Positions 1 through 9,354 of a DNA stretch of 64,000 nt are shown piece after piece. Position numbers and translations under genes: made by a program. The DNA is taken from the IMG/VR virus record IMGVR_UViG_3300045412_000547. One strand, written 5' to 3'. How positions within the stretch are numbered: position 1 is the stretch's first letter; each line of letters starts with the position of its first letter. The stretch comes from a virus. The notes beneath the pieces were generated by a model that saw only the letters and a program-made list of their open reading frames with translations, was not told the DNA's origin and ran no database searches.

Positions 1-775
1 CTTCTTTACCTTCTAACGATTCTTGATTTAAAATTTCTGAAAGAAGTACTTTACGGTGTTTCGGTGAAACATTATTCTCAAAAAACTCATAGCTAATATC
101 ATTTAAATCTAGAATATAATAACCTTTTGAAGAACCAACGTCACCAAAATCCATCTCAAACGGATTACCTAAGTATATAATTTTACCTTCATCGTACTCT
201 CTTTCATCTCTTAAATGAAAATGACCAGAAAAAATATACCGAGCATGATCTAGTAAGTCTTTTGATTTAAAACCTTCTTCACAGAGCTTAAATGAATTCA
301 TTTTGAAGCTTTCTATTTCTAAATGACCAAAAATAATATCGCCTTTATCTAGATTTGATAAATCAGAGTTCCAAGGTAAGAAAATACATTTTTTACCGTA
401 AAGAACTGTAGTACAAGTTTGACTTATAACATTAATATTGTCCCATCCATGTAGAATAGATAGAGAATTAACATCAGTACGATCTTTATAAAAAGAATCG
501 TGATTACCAACTAAGATATTTATATTAAAATCTTTCCAGATTTTTAATATTTCATTAACTACATGAATCGTGTTTACAGCTATTTCATCTCTGTAATGAT
601 AAAGATCTCCAAGCAGTAAAATATCTTGAATATTTTTTTCTTCTAACTCGTTCTTTAACCATATAGCCCACTTGAGAGCGGTATCGTGCCAAAAGCTACT
701 ATTTTGATGTACTCCAATATGTAAATCGGATATACAGCAAACTTTGCTGTTTCGTAAAGTTACGTCTTTTTGCAT
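1..775 (-). CDS. 47: Recombination endonuclease subunit, Mre11/SbcD-like (T4 gp47); truncated at window edge
   Basis: Not in ORF track; manual translation from ATG at 775 gives MQKDVTLRNSKVCCISDLHIG...LLGDLY...VGNHD...FGHLE...FSGHFH (metallophosphoesterase motifs); TAATG overlap with gp55 stop, T4 synteny. Confidence 0.92.
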   Translation of the reverse strand, partial: MQKDVTLRNSKVCCISDLHIGVHQNSSFWHDTALKWAIWLKNELEEKNIQDILLLGDLYHYRDEIAVNTIHVVNEILKIWKDFNINILVGNHDSFYKDRTDVNSLSILHGWDNINVISQTCTTVLYGKKCIFLPWNSDLSNLDKGDIIFGHLEIESFKMNSFKLCEEGFKSKDLLDHARYIFSGHFHLRDEREYDEGKIIYLGNPFEMDFGDVGSSKGYYILDLNDISYEFFENNVSPKHRKVLLSEILNQESLEGKE

Positions 776-1368
776 TAGTCTTGTGCGTTATAATTATCAT
801 CATCTGGCTCTATGTAGATGTGAACATTTCCAAATTCATCTGTCTTAGCCATTGTTTCAGTATAAACTTTTTGTTTATACTCATCTAAAACTTCATGATG
901 TTTCTTCTCTTTTTTAATCCGATTGATAAAAGCATGAAATGCAATTGTTGTAAAATATGAAAAAGGACTAAATCCTGAATCTAATCTAAACTTTTTGTTC
1001 TTTAATGCCGAAAACATTTTTACAACAGCATCGCCAATCATCTCATCTTTGTAAGAATAGTTAATAAAGTTAGTAGCATAAGACAACCCGTTAGCTATCT
1101 TTATAATACTATCTCCAAGTTTTTCACTAATGCGCTCTGACTGATAAAACTTACGTATCTCTTCCTCAAATTCTCTACTATTTACATAATGAAGTTTATC
1201 TTTTGGTTTAAGCTTTTTTGCTTCTTGAACTTTCTTAGCTAATATTTGAAAGTCAGGATCATTTAAATCTAGATCATCTTCTATAGCTAGATCTTCAGCA
1301 ATATTCTTGCCTTTTTTCTTAAGCTTCTTGGATTGTTTTTGTATTGGTTTGGATGTTTTCTTTTTCAT
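775..1368 (-). CDS. 55: Late-transcription sigma factor (T4 gp55)
   Basis: HYVNS...IANGLSYATNFINYSYKDEMIGDA...PFSYFTTIAFHAFINRIKKEKK motifs; adjacent to gp47. Confidence 0.92.
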   Translation of the reverse strand: MKKKTSKPIQKQSKKLKKKGKNIAEDLAIEDDLDLNDPDFQILAKKVQEAKKLKPKDKLHYVNSREFEEEIRKFYQSERISEKLGDSIIKIANGLSYATNFINYSYKDEMIGDAVVKMFSALKNKKFRLDSGFSPFSYFTTIAFHAFINRIKKEKKHHEVLDEYKQKVYTETMAKTDEFGNVHIYIEPDDDNYNAQD

Positions 1369-2761
1369 AAAGTTTTAAACGCTTCTCCATATGCTGTTTA
1401 CCGTAAAAAAGTTGATCTGCTATGTCAAAAATAACTAGCTTTTCCTTATTTTGATGTAAGCGAAGACCACGGCCTATTGATTGTATAATCTTCACCTTTG
1501 CTTTTCCACCTCCGGCGAAAATTATAAAATGTAAATTTCTTATATTTATTCCGGTCGAGAATATTTTTGATATGGCAACAACACAAATATTATCTTTTTT
1601 CTCCATTAAATTTTTAATTTTGTCTCTTTCTTCAACTTCAACTTCTCCGCGTATAAAATATACGTCTTTTGTTTTACAGTGTTCTTTCAATAACGATGTT
1701 ATGGTTTCACCGTGCTCAATAAAGTCTATTAAGATAAGAACATTATTCTTTAGACCGGTTACTAATTTACTAATAATTTTATTTCTAAAGTCACTCTTAA
1801 TTATAAATTTTTGTTCAGCTCTGAATCTATCTGATATTCCTACAAAATTTTCCTTTTCTTGTATTTTTTTATAAAAAAGTTGTAATATTTGAATCGTTAC
1901 ATTACTTACATAATTTTCTAACCGAAGCTCGTAGCTATTTTTCTCGTAAAGAATAGGTCCAATTTTTCCTATAATGTTCCATTGGTCTAATTCGTTTTCT
2001 GGTAGTGTACCGGTGAACCCAAATTTAAACGGGGTATTAATTTTTTTAATAATTTTGTTAATTTCGTTACCTCTTCTTATCTTATGAACTTCGTCAACTA
2101 CAAGAAAGTTAATTTGAGTGAGCCAATCTAAGTTTGTGTTCTTGCTTTGAAGTATTCCCAGATTAGCAATAACCACGCTTGTTGTTAAATCGAGCGGATT
2201 ACTACCTGTAAATTTTGAAGTACTGTAAGAAACTTTGTAACTTTTAAAATCACTAGATGTTTGGTTTACAAGACCAAGATCTGGAACTATAATCAAAGCT
2301 TTAGCTTTTGGTGTCTCACGAAACGCGTTAGCTAATACCGATGCTATAACTAAGGTTTTACCGCCTGCTGTAGCTAGAACAACAGTTCCCCTTCCAATTT
2401 TATAACACTTTTCAACTATTTCTTTTTGATAATCTCTAAGATCTAATTTAAGTTTTTCTATTTCTTTATCTTGTTTCCAAAGACTCTTAGCGGGTAGTAA
2501 TTGCTCTAAGATTTGAGTATCTGTCTTAATCTCATCTACATACTGTAGAAATGTGATAAACTTTCTTATCTCAAAGTATAAACCTAAATCAAACCTACCG
2601 TTAGGGGTGATAGCATAAGTTCTTTGCGGTACGAATCTTTTATAATTTCGTATAAATGCTGCAGATTCGTTTTTTACAGAAAACTTTTCTCGTATTTCAT
2701 TAAACAGGTCACCACTAACGATGCCCTGCTTTTTAGCAGAGTCATATTCAAATGATATCAT
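1319..2761 (-). CDS. uvsW: SF2 DNA helicase UvsW
   Basis: LRDYQ, ATAGGKT, DEVH, GFTGT, STGINI, QSIGRGLR; next to uvsY. Confidence 0.92.
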   Translation of the reverse strand: MISFEYDSAKKQGIVSGDLFNEIREKFSVKNESAAFIRNYKRFVPQRTYAITPNGRFDLGLYFEIRKFITFLQYVDEIKTDTQILEQLLPAKSLWKQDKEIEKLKLDLRDYQKEIVEKCYKIGRGTVVLATAGGKTLVIASVLANAFRETPKAKALIIVPDLGLVNQTSSDFKSYKVSYSTSKFTGSNPLDLTTSVVIANLGILQSKNTNLDWLTQINFLVVDEVHKIRRGNEINKIIKKINTPFKFGFTGTLPENELDQWNIIGKIGPILYEKNSYELRLENYVSNVTIQILQLFYKKIQEKENFVGISDRFRAEQKFIIKSDFRNKIISKLVTGLKNNVLILIDFIEHGETITSLLKEHCKTKDVYFIRGEVEVEERDKIKNLMEKKDNICVVAISKIFSTGINIRNLHFIIFAGGGKAKVKIIQSIGRGLRLHQNKEKLVIFDIADQLFYGKQHMEKRLKLYEKENIQTNTKTIQEA

Positions 2762-3147
2762 GTGGTCTCAAGTTTTATGATATCTATTAAATTCTTCAAA
2801 TCATAAGATGTACTGCTTAGAGTCTTTTCTGCTTTCTCTAAAAGTTCTACTACAAGATTCAGTTCGTTTATTTTTTTGTCTATCTCTTTTAATTCGCTAT
2901 GTTTTTCAGCGGTTTTTTCTATGATAGGTAATGCTAATTTGACAGGACTCGTCTCTTGGATTTGATCTACTAATTTTCGTTTTATTTCCTCTCTTTTACC
3001 TCGACATTCAAAAAGCTCATGTTTATGTCGAATATAGCGCCCAGCCCATTTATGCTTGATTCCGGGTAATTTCAACTGGTATTCTTTTAAATTTAGCTCG
3101 TCAATCTTTAAATCGCTTTCTAATTCCTTAATATAATCTTCGATCAT
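2758..3147 (-). CDS. uvsY: Recombination mediator UvsY
   Basis: DLKIDELNL...LPGIKHKW N-terminus, coiled coil, 129 aa, upstream of uvsW. Confidence 0.8.
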   Translation of the reverse strand: MIEDYIKELESDLKIDELNLKEYQLKLPGIKHKWAGRYIRHKHELFECRGKREEIKRKLVDQIQETSPVKLALPIIEKTAEKHSELKEIDKKINELNLVVELLEKAEKTLSSTSYDLKNLIDIIKLETT

Positions 3148-3181
3148 TAGCTAAATAATAATATATACAAACGTAAAATCC

Positions 3182-3472
3182 ATGAACAGATTTGAAAAAG
3201 TATTTAATGAAGTTTTAGCTGAAAACAACTCCTCTGGAGGAGAAAGTAGCGTTTTTGGTAGTAACAATGGTCAGGATATTGGCTCTCATGGAAATCAGTT
3301 TGCCTCTCAAAATAGTAATGCCTATGCGAAAGGCGACAATCGAAAATTATCTCCTTACGGTCCTGCAGGAGCTGTATTAGGCGCTAAAGTTTCAAAGAAA
3401 AAAAAGAAACGCAAAAGTTCTAACGTTACGGTTAAATTTCCGATACAGCGTAGAACATTTTCAGGTTATTGA
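3182..3472 (+). CDS. Hypothetical protein, possible internal head protein
   Basis: MNRFEKVFNEVLAE N-terminus, Lys-rich C-terminus; TAAATA upstream. Confidence 0.6.
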   Translation: MNRFEKVFNEVLAENNSSGGESSVFGSNNGQDIGSHGNQFASQNSNAYAKGDNRKLSPYGPAGAVLGAKVSKKKKKRKSSNVTVKFPIQRRTFSGY

Positions 3473-3473
3473 T

Positions 3474-3887
3474 ATGGATTTAGGGCATTGGATAGTGGCA
3501 GAGGGTGTGGAATTTTCTGAAGAAAACTACGGTTTTATATATGAAATAACTAATAAAGTTAATAATAGAATTTACATTGGAAAAAAGCAATGTAAGCATA
3601 GAAGAAAAAGAAAACCGCTTAAGGGTAGGACTAAAAATAGAATTCAAATTCAAGAATCAGACTGGAAAACTTATACAAGTTCTTCAAATGATCTTAATTA
3701 TGACATACAAAAATATGGAAAGGAAAAATTTGTGTTTAAAATTATCCGTGCATGTAATTCAAAGTGGGAGCTAGCTTATTTTGAAATTAAAGAACAAATT
3801 GAAAGGGAAGCAATTTTATCCGAGCAATATTATAATGGAATAATAAACGTAAGAATTGGGCGTCCACCAAAAGATTTGAAGTTATAA
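3474..3887 (+). CDS. GIY-YIG endonuclease, T4 endonuclease II (DenA)-like
   Basis: GFIYEITN...YIGKKQ, ESDWKTYTSSS, YYNG; single domain of 137 aa. Confidence 0.8.
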   Translation: MDLGHWIVAEGVEFSEENYGFIYEITNKVNNRIYIGKKQCKHRRKRKPLKGRTKNRIQIQESDWKTYTSSSNDLNYDIQKYGKEKFVFKIIRACNSKWELAYFEIKEQIEREAILSEQYYNGIINVRIGRPPKDLKL

Positions 3888-3908
3888 AAATATACTTTAA
3901 AATACAAT

Positions 3909-4463
3909 GTGAGTGATATTTTAAGTCGTTATAACATTCATTTAACAGATTTAGTTAATATTTACAAAAATAAAATTGATGTACCGCTTGTTAACGACTT
4001 GCATAAATTTAGTATATTAGGTCAAATAGATAAATCATTTAGAAAACTATTTTTGCATAACGTAATTTTTTATGTTTGTCAAGAAATAGTAGAAACAAGA
4101 TGTAAAGAGAAAATAATTTTATACTATTGTGAAAAAGAATTTTTACAGCAAAAACTTAATATTTTTGAACATTACAACAAGCATGCAATAAATTATGAGC
4201 TTTCTAATGTATTTAAAATAATAAGAAATAAAATACCTATTCGCTATTTTAGCTCAGACACACCTATGTTAGAATTAAAGTCTTTATTAAAGGATAAAAA
4301 CGGTAAAGCAGTAGATGTAGTAAACAAAATTCGTCATCTTTCTGACAAAAAAGTTTCTTATAGCTTTTTAAAAGCAAAATCATTTTGTAATAAGAATGGA
4401 CTAGTGTTTTTAGTCAAAGAGTATTTTGAAAAGCTTAAGACAAAACATCTTTTTATATCATAG
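3909..4463 (+). CDS. Hypothetical protein
   Basis: 184-aa ORF 5 nt downstream of a TAAAAT -10 box. Confidence 0.6.
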   Translation: MSDILSRYNIHLTDLVNIYKNKIDVPLVNDLHKFSILGQIDKSFRKLFLHNVIFYVCQEIVETRCKEKIILYYCEKEFLQQKLNIFEHYNKHAINYELSNVFKIIRNKIPIRYFSSDTPMLELKSLLKDKNGKAVDVVNKIRHLSDKKVSYSFLKAKSFCNKNGLVFLVKEYFEKLKTKHLFIS

Positions 4464-4481
4464 TTTTTAATAAATATATGT

Positions 4482-4823
4482 GTGAAGTTTAATGATTCAT
4501 TAAAAAACGCATATTTGTTGTTTGAGCAAGAGCCGCCTGAAAGCGCATTGCCAGATGCTGCAATGCCTCAGAAGGATGCATTACCAGAAGCGCCACCGGG
4601 CCCGGATTTAGAAACAAAAACCGATAAACTTACCCCTGAGGGCGAAGTAATGTTGATAAGATTACTATTAAAAGCGTTTGTATTGTCACCTGAACCGGAA
4701 GATGCATCTGAAATATCTAAAATTCAAAATGTTAATGCTAATAATGCTAAAGAAGTTCTAAAGAAAATTATTGGACTAGTAAGAAAATATACTAACGTTG
4801 ATGTCGATATTCCGGAAGTTTAA
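4482..4823 (+). CDS. Hypothetical late protein, Pro/Glu-rich
   Basis: ORF preceded by AATAAATA at 4469-4476. Confidence 0.65.
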   Translation: MKFNDSLKNAYLLFEQEPPESALPDAAMPQKDALPEAPPGPDLETKTDKLTPEGEVMLIRLLLKAFVLSPEPEDASEISKIQNVNANNAKEVLKKIIGLVRKYTNVDVDIPEV

Positions 4824-4840
4824 AACGGTGTCAAAAGGTT

Positions 4841-6025
4841 ATGAGGCTTTTTGATGAATACTATTTTTTAGTAAACGAAAAAGCTAGTCTTCTTCATCCT
4901 TATTCATTACCAAATATTACAACTGGTAATGATCTTGTACGTTTTTTTCAAGAATCTATATCATCAATTGAGAATGGCAAAGCTACCTTAAAGTTTGATG
5001 GTGTTAACTGTTCATTAAGATTTCAAAATAATCAATTTGTTTTAGATCGTTTTTCCTTGAAAGACGAGGAAGGTATAACAGCAGATAAGTTATCTTCAAG
5101 ATTTAAAGAAGGACATGGTCTTATTGATGCGGGTCAAACAATATTAAAAATCTTTAATAATTCTATTCCTAATATACAACAAGAGCTTCATGAGTTAAGA
5201 ATGTTAGAAAAAAGTAATATTGTTTTAAATATAGAATTTATTCAAGGTACAACAAACGTTATAAATTATAAACACAATTATTTTGTTATACATAATGTAT
5301 TAGAAATTTATGAAGCTTTTAGTCCGGTAAGAAAATCTAGAAGCAGAAAAGTTAGAGCTATAGATTATGATAAAAATTCTTTAGAAAGATTAGTAAAAAA
5401 AATAAATTTAGAAGCTAATAAATTCAATTTTAATGTGGTACATAGAGAAATAGTGCGTTTTTCTACTAAACCAGATTTAAATAAAATTTTAAATTCTAAA
5501 TTAGACATAAAAATAAATGAAGAAAATATTCAATCTGATACTTTAAAAAATCTGCTAGAAAAAGCAAAAAATACAAGCAACGTTATAGTAAAACTTTTTG
5601 ATAAAAGCTCAGTTCGAGCTCTAAGCAGAAAGATATACCTTTTATTCGCAGGTGGTTACAGTATCGAGCAAATTTTACTAGATTTAAATAAAGTCCAAGC
5701 CGTTGTAGATGGTATTGTCTTTTATCATACTACTATGTTCTTAGGACAAGAAATTTTAAACTGCTTGGTTTCTAATTTAGGGCCTGTAAATGAACAAGAA
5801 GGTATTGTTATTAATGATATAACTTTATCACACGTACCTTTTAAAATTACCGGCACATTTATGACAAGGAATTATTTTGAGAGTAAATTTAGAAATGAAG
5901 AAGAGGAATATGGATTTAAAGGTTTTTATAATAATGTACAAAAAACTTTAGGAGTTCCTTTTACAGAACCCGAATACGGTAAGCAAAGTCCGCAATTAAG
6001 ATTAACACCGGGAATGGTTATATGA
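4841..6025 (+). CDS. DUF6267-like protein with ligase-type nucleotidyltransferase motifs
   Basis: TLKFDG (KxDG motif I), EGIVI (motif IV-like), FKITG; directly upstream of a cytidylyltransferase, a pairing typical of T4-like phages. Confidence 0.6.
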   Translation: MRLFDEYYFLVNEKASLLHPYSLPNITTGNDLVRFFQESISSIENGKATLKFDGVNCSLRFQNNQFVLDRFSLKDEEGITADKLSSRFKEGHGLIDAGQTILKIFNNSIPNIQQELHELRMLEKSNIVLNIEFIQGTTNVINYKHNYFVIHNVLEIYEAFSPVRKSRSRKVRAIDYDKNSLERLVKKINLEANKFNFNVVHREIVRFSTKPDLNKILNSKLDIKINEENIQSDTLKNLLEKAKNTSNVIVKLFDKSSVRALSRKIYLLFAGGYSIEQILLDLNKVQAVVDGIVFYHTTMFLGQEILNCLVSNLGPVNEQEGIVINDITLSHVPFKITGTFMTRNYFESKFRNEEEEYGFKGFYNNVQKTLGVPFTEPEYGKQSPQLRLTPGMVI

Positions 6026-6687
6026 ATACCTTTCAAGATTTTTATAATAAATCTCTTAAAAATAACTTAGTAGTTATATTTCCAGGTAGATTCCAGCCTT
6101 TTCATCCGGGGCATAAAAAACTTTATGATTATGCAAAAGAGCAGTTTCCTGCTGCAGATTTTAAAATAGCTACTAGCAATGTGAATAGAACCACAACATA
6201 TGAAGATCCTCGATATAAAATAGATCCTGAAAGATACCCTTTTACGTTTGAAGAAAAGAAAAAAATAATTCAAGCGTACGGTATACACGAATCTGAAATA
6301 CAGCTAACAGCTAATCCGTATAAAGCTGTAGAAATTTTAAAAGATTATAAACCGGAATTTACCAAAGTTATCTTTATTGGTGGAAAAAAGAATGAAAGTG
6401 AATCTGAAGGTAAGCCTAGATTTAGCTACTCTGAAACGTCTTATTTTCAGCCATTTAAAAAATTAGAAGATCTACAGCCATTTGATCCAAATCATAATGG
6501 TCATGCATATATTTATGAACCCTTAACGCTTACGTTTAAATTAGGAGAACAAATAGTACAAGACGCAAGTCAACTAAGAAAAATGTATAAAGAAGCTGAC
6601 GAACAAACAAAAAGAAATTATATAAGAGAATTGTTAGGAGAGTTTAATAAAGAGATTTATGATTTATTTTCTTCTAAATTAAGTTGA
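6022..6687 (+). CDS. Cytidylyltransferase-like (HIGH-family nucleotidyltransferase)
   Basis: VIFPGRFQPFHPGH, PFTFEEK, ASQLR motifs. Confidence 0.8.
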   Translation: MNTFQDFYNKSLKNNLVVIFPGRFQPFHPGHKKLYDYAKEQFPAADFKIATSNVNRTTTYEDPRYKIDPERYPFTFEEKKKIIQAYGIHESEIQLTANPYKAVEILKDYKPEFTKVIFIGGKKNESESEGKPRFSYSETSYFQPFKKLEDLQPFDPNHNGHAYIYEPLTLTFKLGEQIVQDASQLRKMYKEADEQTKRNYIRELLGEFNKEIYDLFSSKLS

Positions 6688-6890
6688 GAAGATTTAAATG
6701 TAGCTGTTGTATCAGTTGAAAGCTTAGCTAATTCAAAAGCAAACTCATGAGAAGGTACAAGAGAGCGAAAGCGATTTAATACATCTTGGTAATACTTACT
6801 TTCTTTATGTGCAGCTAGATTCTTTAAAATTCGGCCGCAATCATCAAAGGATAAGTGATTAACTTTCTTGTTTTTTTGCTTTTTACTCAT
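6657..6890 (-). CDS. Hypothetical protein
   Basis: 77-aa ORF following 6905-7519 on the same strand. Confidence 0.5.
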   Translation of the reverse strand: MSKKQKNKKVNHLSFDDCGRILKNLAAHKESKYYQDVLNRFRSLVPSHEFAFELAKLSTDTTATFKSSQLNLEENKS

Positions 6891-6904
6891 ACGCTTTAAA
6901 AAGC

Positions 6905-7519
6905 TTAGAGCTTTTTCTGTTCTATGACCTTGATAGTCTCAAAGAGTATTTTTTCTAAATTTTCTAAAGATTCTTTTTTTAATGAATTTTTCAAACTACT
7001 GATAACTTTCTCACTACCTTTATCAATAGCTGCGTAGAGTGATTCTTCATTATTCTCTTCAAGACTATTCATATCCATATTAAATTTCTGTCGGTATTTT
7101 TCGTAATCTTTATAAGCAAAAATTGAAGCTAAATTTTCTTGAGCTGTTGTGATTTTAGAAAATACCCAAGGTTCTAAATTTTCTTCATCTTTCAACAAAT
7201 CATGAAGCATAGCAGAAATTTTATGTATTCTAAAGAGCTCTTGTTTTGCCATAAAGGCACCAGTATCTTCCGAACCTCCTTCAAACCCTGATTCCGGTTC
7301 TATGCTTGTACCACATCTACATTCTTCACAATTTTCATCTTCACAAGTACATCCCTCTTCCCCTTCGCAAGCACATTTCTTTTTAGGGAGATTAATAACT
7401 GTAGGTTGTCTAGACCCTAACCCCACTTCGCTCTCAGCATTAGGACCTAAGCCAACGTTTTCCTTTACTACTTTTTGAGTATATAGCTCATTTAATAGTA
7501 CAATGTCTTTCTCGAACAT
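6905..7519 (-). CDS. Hypothetical virion/head-associated protein
   Basis: MAKQELFRI...LEPWVFSKIT motif common in T4-like head proteins; Cys/Glu cluster; minus-strand CATAAATA at 7525-7532. Confidence 0.6.
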   Translation of the reverse strand: MFEKDIVLLNELYTQKVVKENVGLGPNAESEVGLGSRQPTVINLPKKKCACEGEEGCTCEDENCEECRCGTSIEPESGFEGGSEDTGAFMAKQELFRIHKISAMLHDLLKDEENLEPWVFSKITTAQENLASIFAYKDYEKYRQKFNMDMNSLEENNEESLYAAIDKGSEKVISSLKNSLKKESLENLEKILFETIKVIEQKKL

Positions 7520-7556
7520 ATAAATATTTATGCAAAATACATAAATAATTCTAACT

Positions 7557-7688
7557 ATGAAATCATTTAAAACGTTTTTTACAGAAAAAAAGAAAGCTCC
7601 GCGTGGTGTATGTTGGAAGGGTTATAAAATGGTCGGCCATAAAAAGAAAGGTGGCAAAACGGTTCCTAATTGTGTACCAAATAAGTGA
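7557..7688 (+). CDS. 43-aa basic protein with CWKGY...VPNCVP motif
   Basis: Not in ORF track: MKSFKTFFTEKKKAPRGVCWKGYKMVGHKKKGGKTVPNCVPNK; CATAAATA at 7540-7547; GTGA overlap with next gene. Confidence 0.8.
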   Translation: MKSFKTFFTEKKKAPRGVCWKGYKMVGHKKKGGKTVPNCVPNK

Positions 7689-8332
7689 AAAATTTTCAGG
7701 ATTTTTTTAATAGACCTGTACTTGGTGTCAATGAATTAATTGACATACAGGGTATTGGCAAAGTCAAGGCTAAAGTAGATAGCGGTAATGAAGGTTACAA
7801 TGTTTTGCATGGTATAGATATAAAGACAAGTAACGGTAAAATCACATTTACAACTGTAGATAACAAAACAGTAACATTACCTTTAAACGGGGATATGCAA
7901 ATTCATATTGGTAGTGGTGTAAAAGAAGACCGTCCTATGGTGAAGCTTTCATTCAGCTTGCTGGGTAAGACGTTTACCGAGCCATTTACAATTGCAGACC
8001 GTTCGGAAAATGAAGACCCGGTTTTAATTGGAGAACCATTTTTAAAAAAAATTAGAGGTTTAGTTGATGTTTCTAAAGAAATAAACGAATCTTTACAATA
8101 CAAAGTAATTGCAAAAAGAAATGATGAATTATCTAAAGCTTGGAATAAAAAAAAATATACAGAAAAAGAAATTAGAAAAATTGCTAACCGTCAGAAAGTT
8201 TTAATTACAGATATAAAAGGTTCTCCGAAATTTAAAGGTAAAAATAAATTAAAAATAGTTAACCCATTAAATAAAAAATCATTTATTAAATTTAAAAAAG
8301 TTATCAATAGCGACACCACAGAAACCGATTGA
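7685..8332 (+). CDS. Retropepsin-like aspartic protease (RimK-associated RimB / 'ATP-dependent zinc protease' family) with basic C-terminal tail
   Basis: KAKVDSGN, EDRPMV, FTIADRS, PVLIG motifs. Confidence 0.75.
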   Translation: MKNFQDFFNRPVLGVNELIDIQGIGKVKAKVDSGNEGYNVLHGIDIKTSNGKITFTTVDNKTVTLPLNGDMQIHIGSGVKEDRPMVKLSFSLLGKTFTEPFTIADRSENEDPVLIGEPFLKKIRGLVDVSKEINESLQYKVIAKRNDELSKAWNKKKYTEKEIRKIANRQKVLITDIKGSPKFKGKNKLKIVNPLNKKSFIKFKKVINSDTTETD

Positions 8333-8632
8333 TTGTAAAATTTGAAAAATATTGTATTGATTAATGGCTTTCGTAACAAACACAGTGGGCGCATAATGCA
8401 CATCTGTATCAATTCTATCCCCTATTTCTTCACCTGTTAGTAAAATATCATCTATAAAGTCCATAGCTCCTCTTAATTTTAAAAATTTGTAGTAAAAATC
8501 TTTATTATCTGAACATTCTAACAACACTTCGCGGTGAAGGTATTCGTGGGCAAAAAAAGTAAGCTCTCTAATGCTAGATACCGACGATGGTGGGTTCACT
8601 AGGTCCCCATGAATTATGAGGTTTGTAGCCAC
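8279..8632 (-). CDS. Hypothetical protein
   Basis: 117-aa ORF with minus-strand AATAAATA just upstream. Confidence 0.55.
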   Translation of the reverse strand: MATNLIIHGDLVNPPSSVSSIRELTFFAHEYLHREVLLECSDNKDFYYKFLKLRGAMDFIDDILLTGEEIGDRIDTDVHYAPTVFVTKAINQYNIFQILQSIGFCGVAIDNFFKFNK

Positions 8633-8651
8633 AATAAATATTTATTGTCAT

Positions 8652-9305
8652 TTAGATTAATTTTCTGTTCTGCGCAAACTCAATAAACTTATAAAACTCA
8701 TTTCTCGAGTTATCATTATTATCTAGAAAGGCTCCGGACATCCGAGCAGTTCGCATAGTAGAATCATGACGAATACCACGGTTAGAACAGCATGTATGAT
8801 TAGCTTCAATCATGACTGCAACACCATTATTTTTCTCACAAACATTATTAATATAATCATGAATTTGCATTGTAAGATTTTCTTGAACTTGTGGGCGGCG
8901 AGAAAACCAATCTACAATTCGATTTAATTTACTCAATCCAATTACTTTTCCGTTCTTTGCAGGTATGTAAGCCACGTGTGCAAATCCCATAAAAGGAGCA
9001 TGGTGATGTGAGCAAAGCGAAGTTAATTTAATATTTGTTTGTGCTACAATTCCATCATACTTGTCAATATTATCAAATGCTGTAACTTTGGGAGGCTCAC
9101 TATAACAACCCCAGGCAAAATCTTCCACAAAAGCTTTAGCAACCCGGTGCGGTGTATTTGAACTATTAGGATCATTTCTCCAGTCATATCCAAGCGCATC
9201 CATATATGCTTCATATGCTTTAGCTGCTTTATCTATAATTTCGTGCTTTTCTTGTTCGTTTACCGGGTGATTGTGGTTTGCAAAAGCTAATTTTTTTCTA
9301 CTCAT
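8652..9305 (-). CDS. folE: GTP cyclohydrolase I
   Basis: TPHRVAK, SLCSHH, IGLSKLNRIVDWFSRRPQVQE, HTCCSNRG; start placed at MSRKK (9305). Confidence 0.95.
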   Translation of the reverse strand: MSRKKLAFANHNHPVNEQEKHEIIDKAAKAYEAYMDALGYDWRNDPNSSNTPHRVAKAFVEDFAWGCYSEPPKVTAFDNIDKYDGIVAQTNIKLTSLCSHHHAPFMGFAHVAYIPAKNGKVIGLSKLNRIVDWFSRRPQVQENLTMQIHDYINNVCEKNNGVAVMIEANHTCCSNRGIRHDSTMRTARMSGAFLDNNDNSRNEFYKFIEFAQNRKLI

Positions 9306-9354
9306 CTTTAATTTTTTAATATAATAGTACTGTTTTTCAAGATAAATAATGTTA

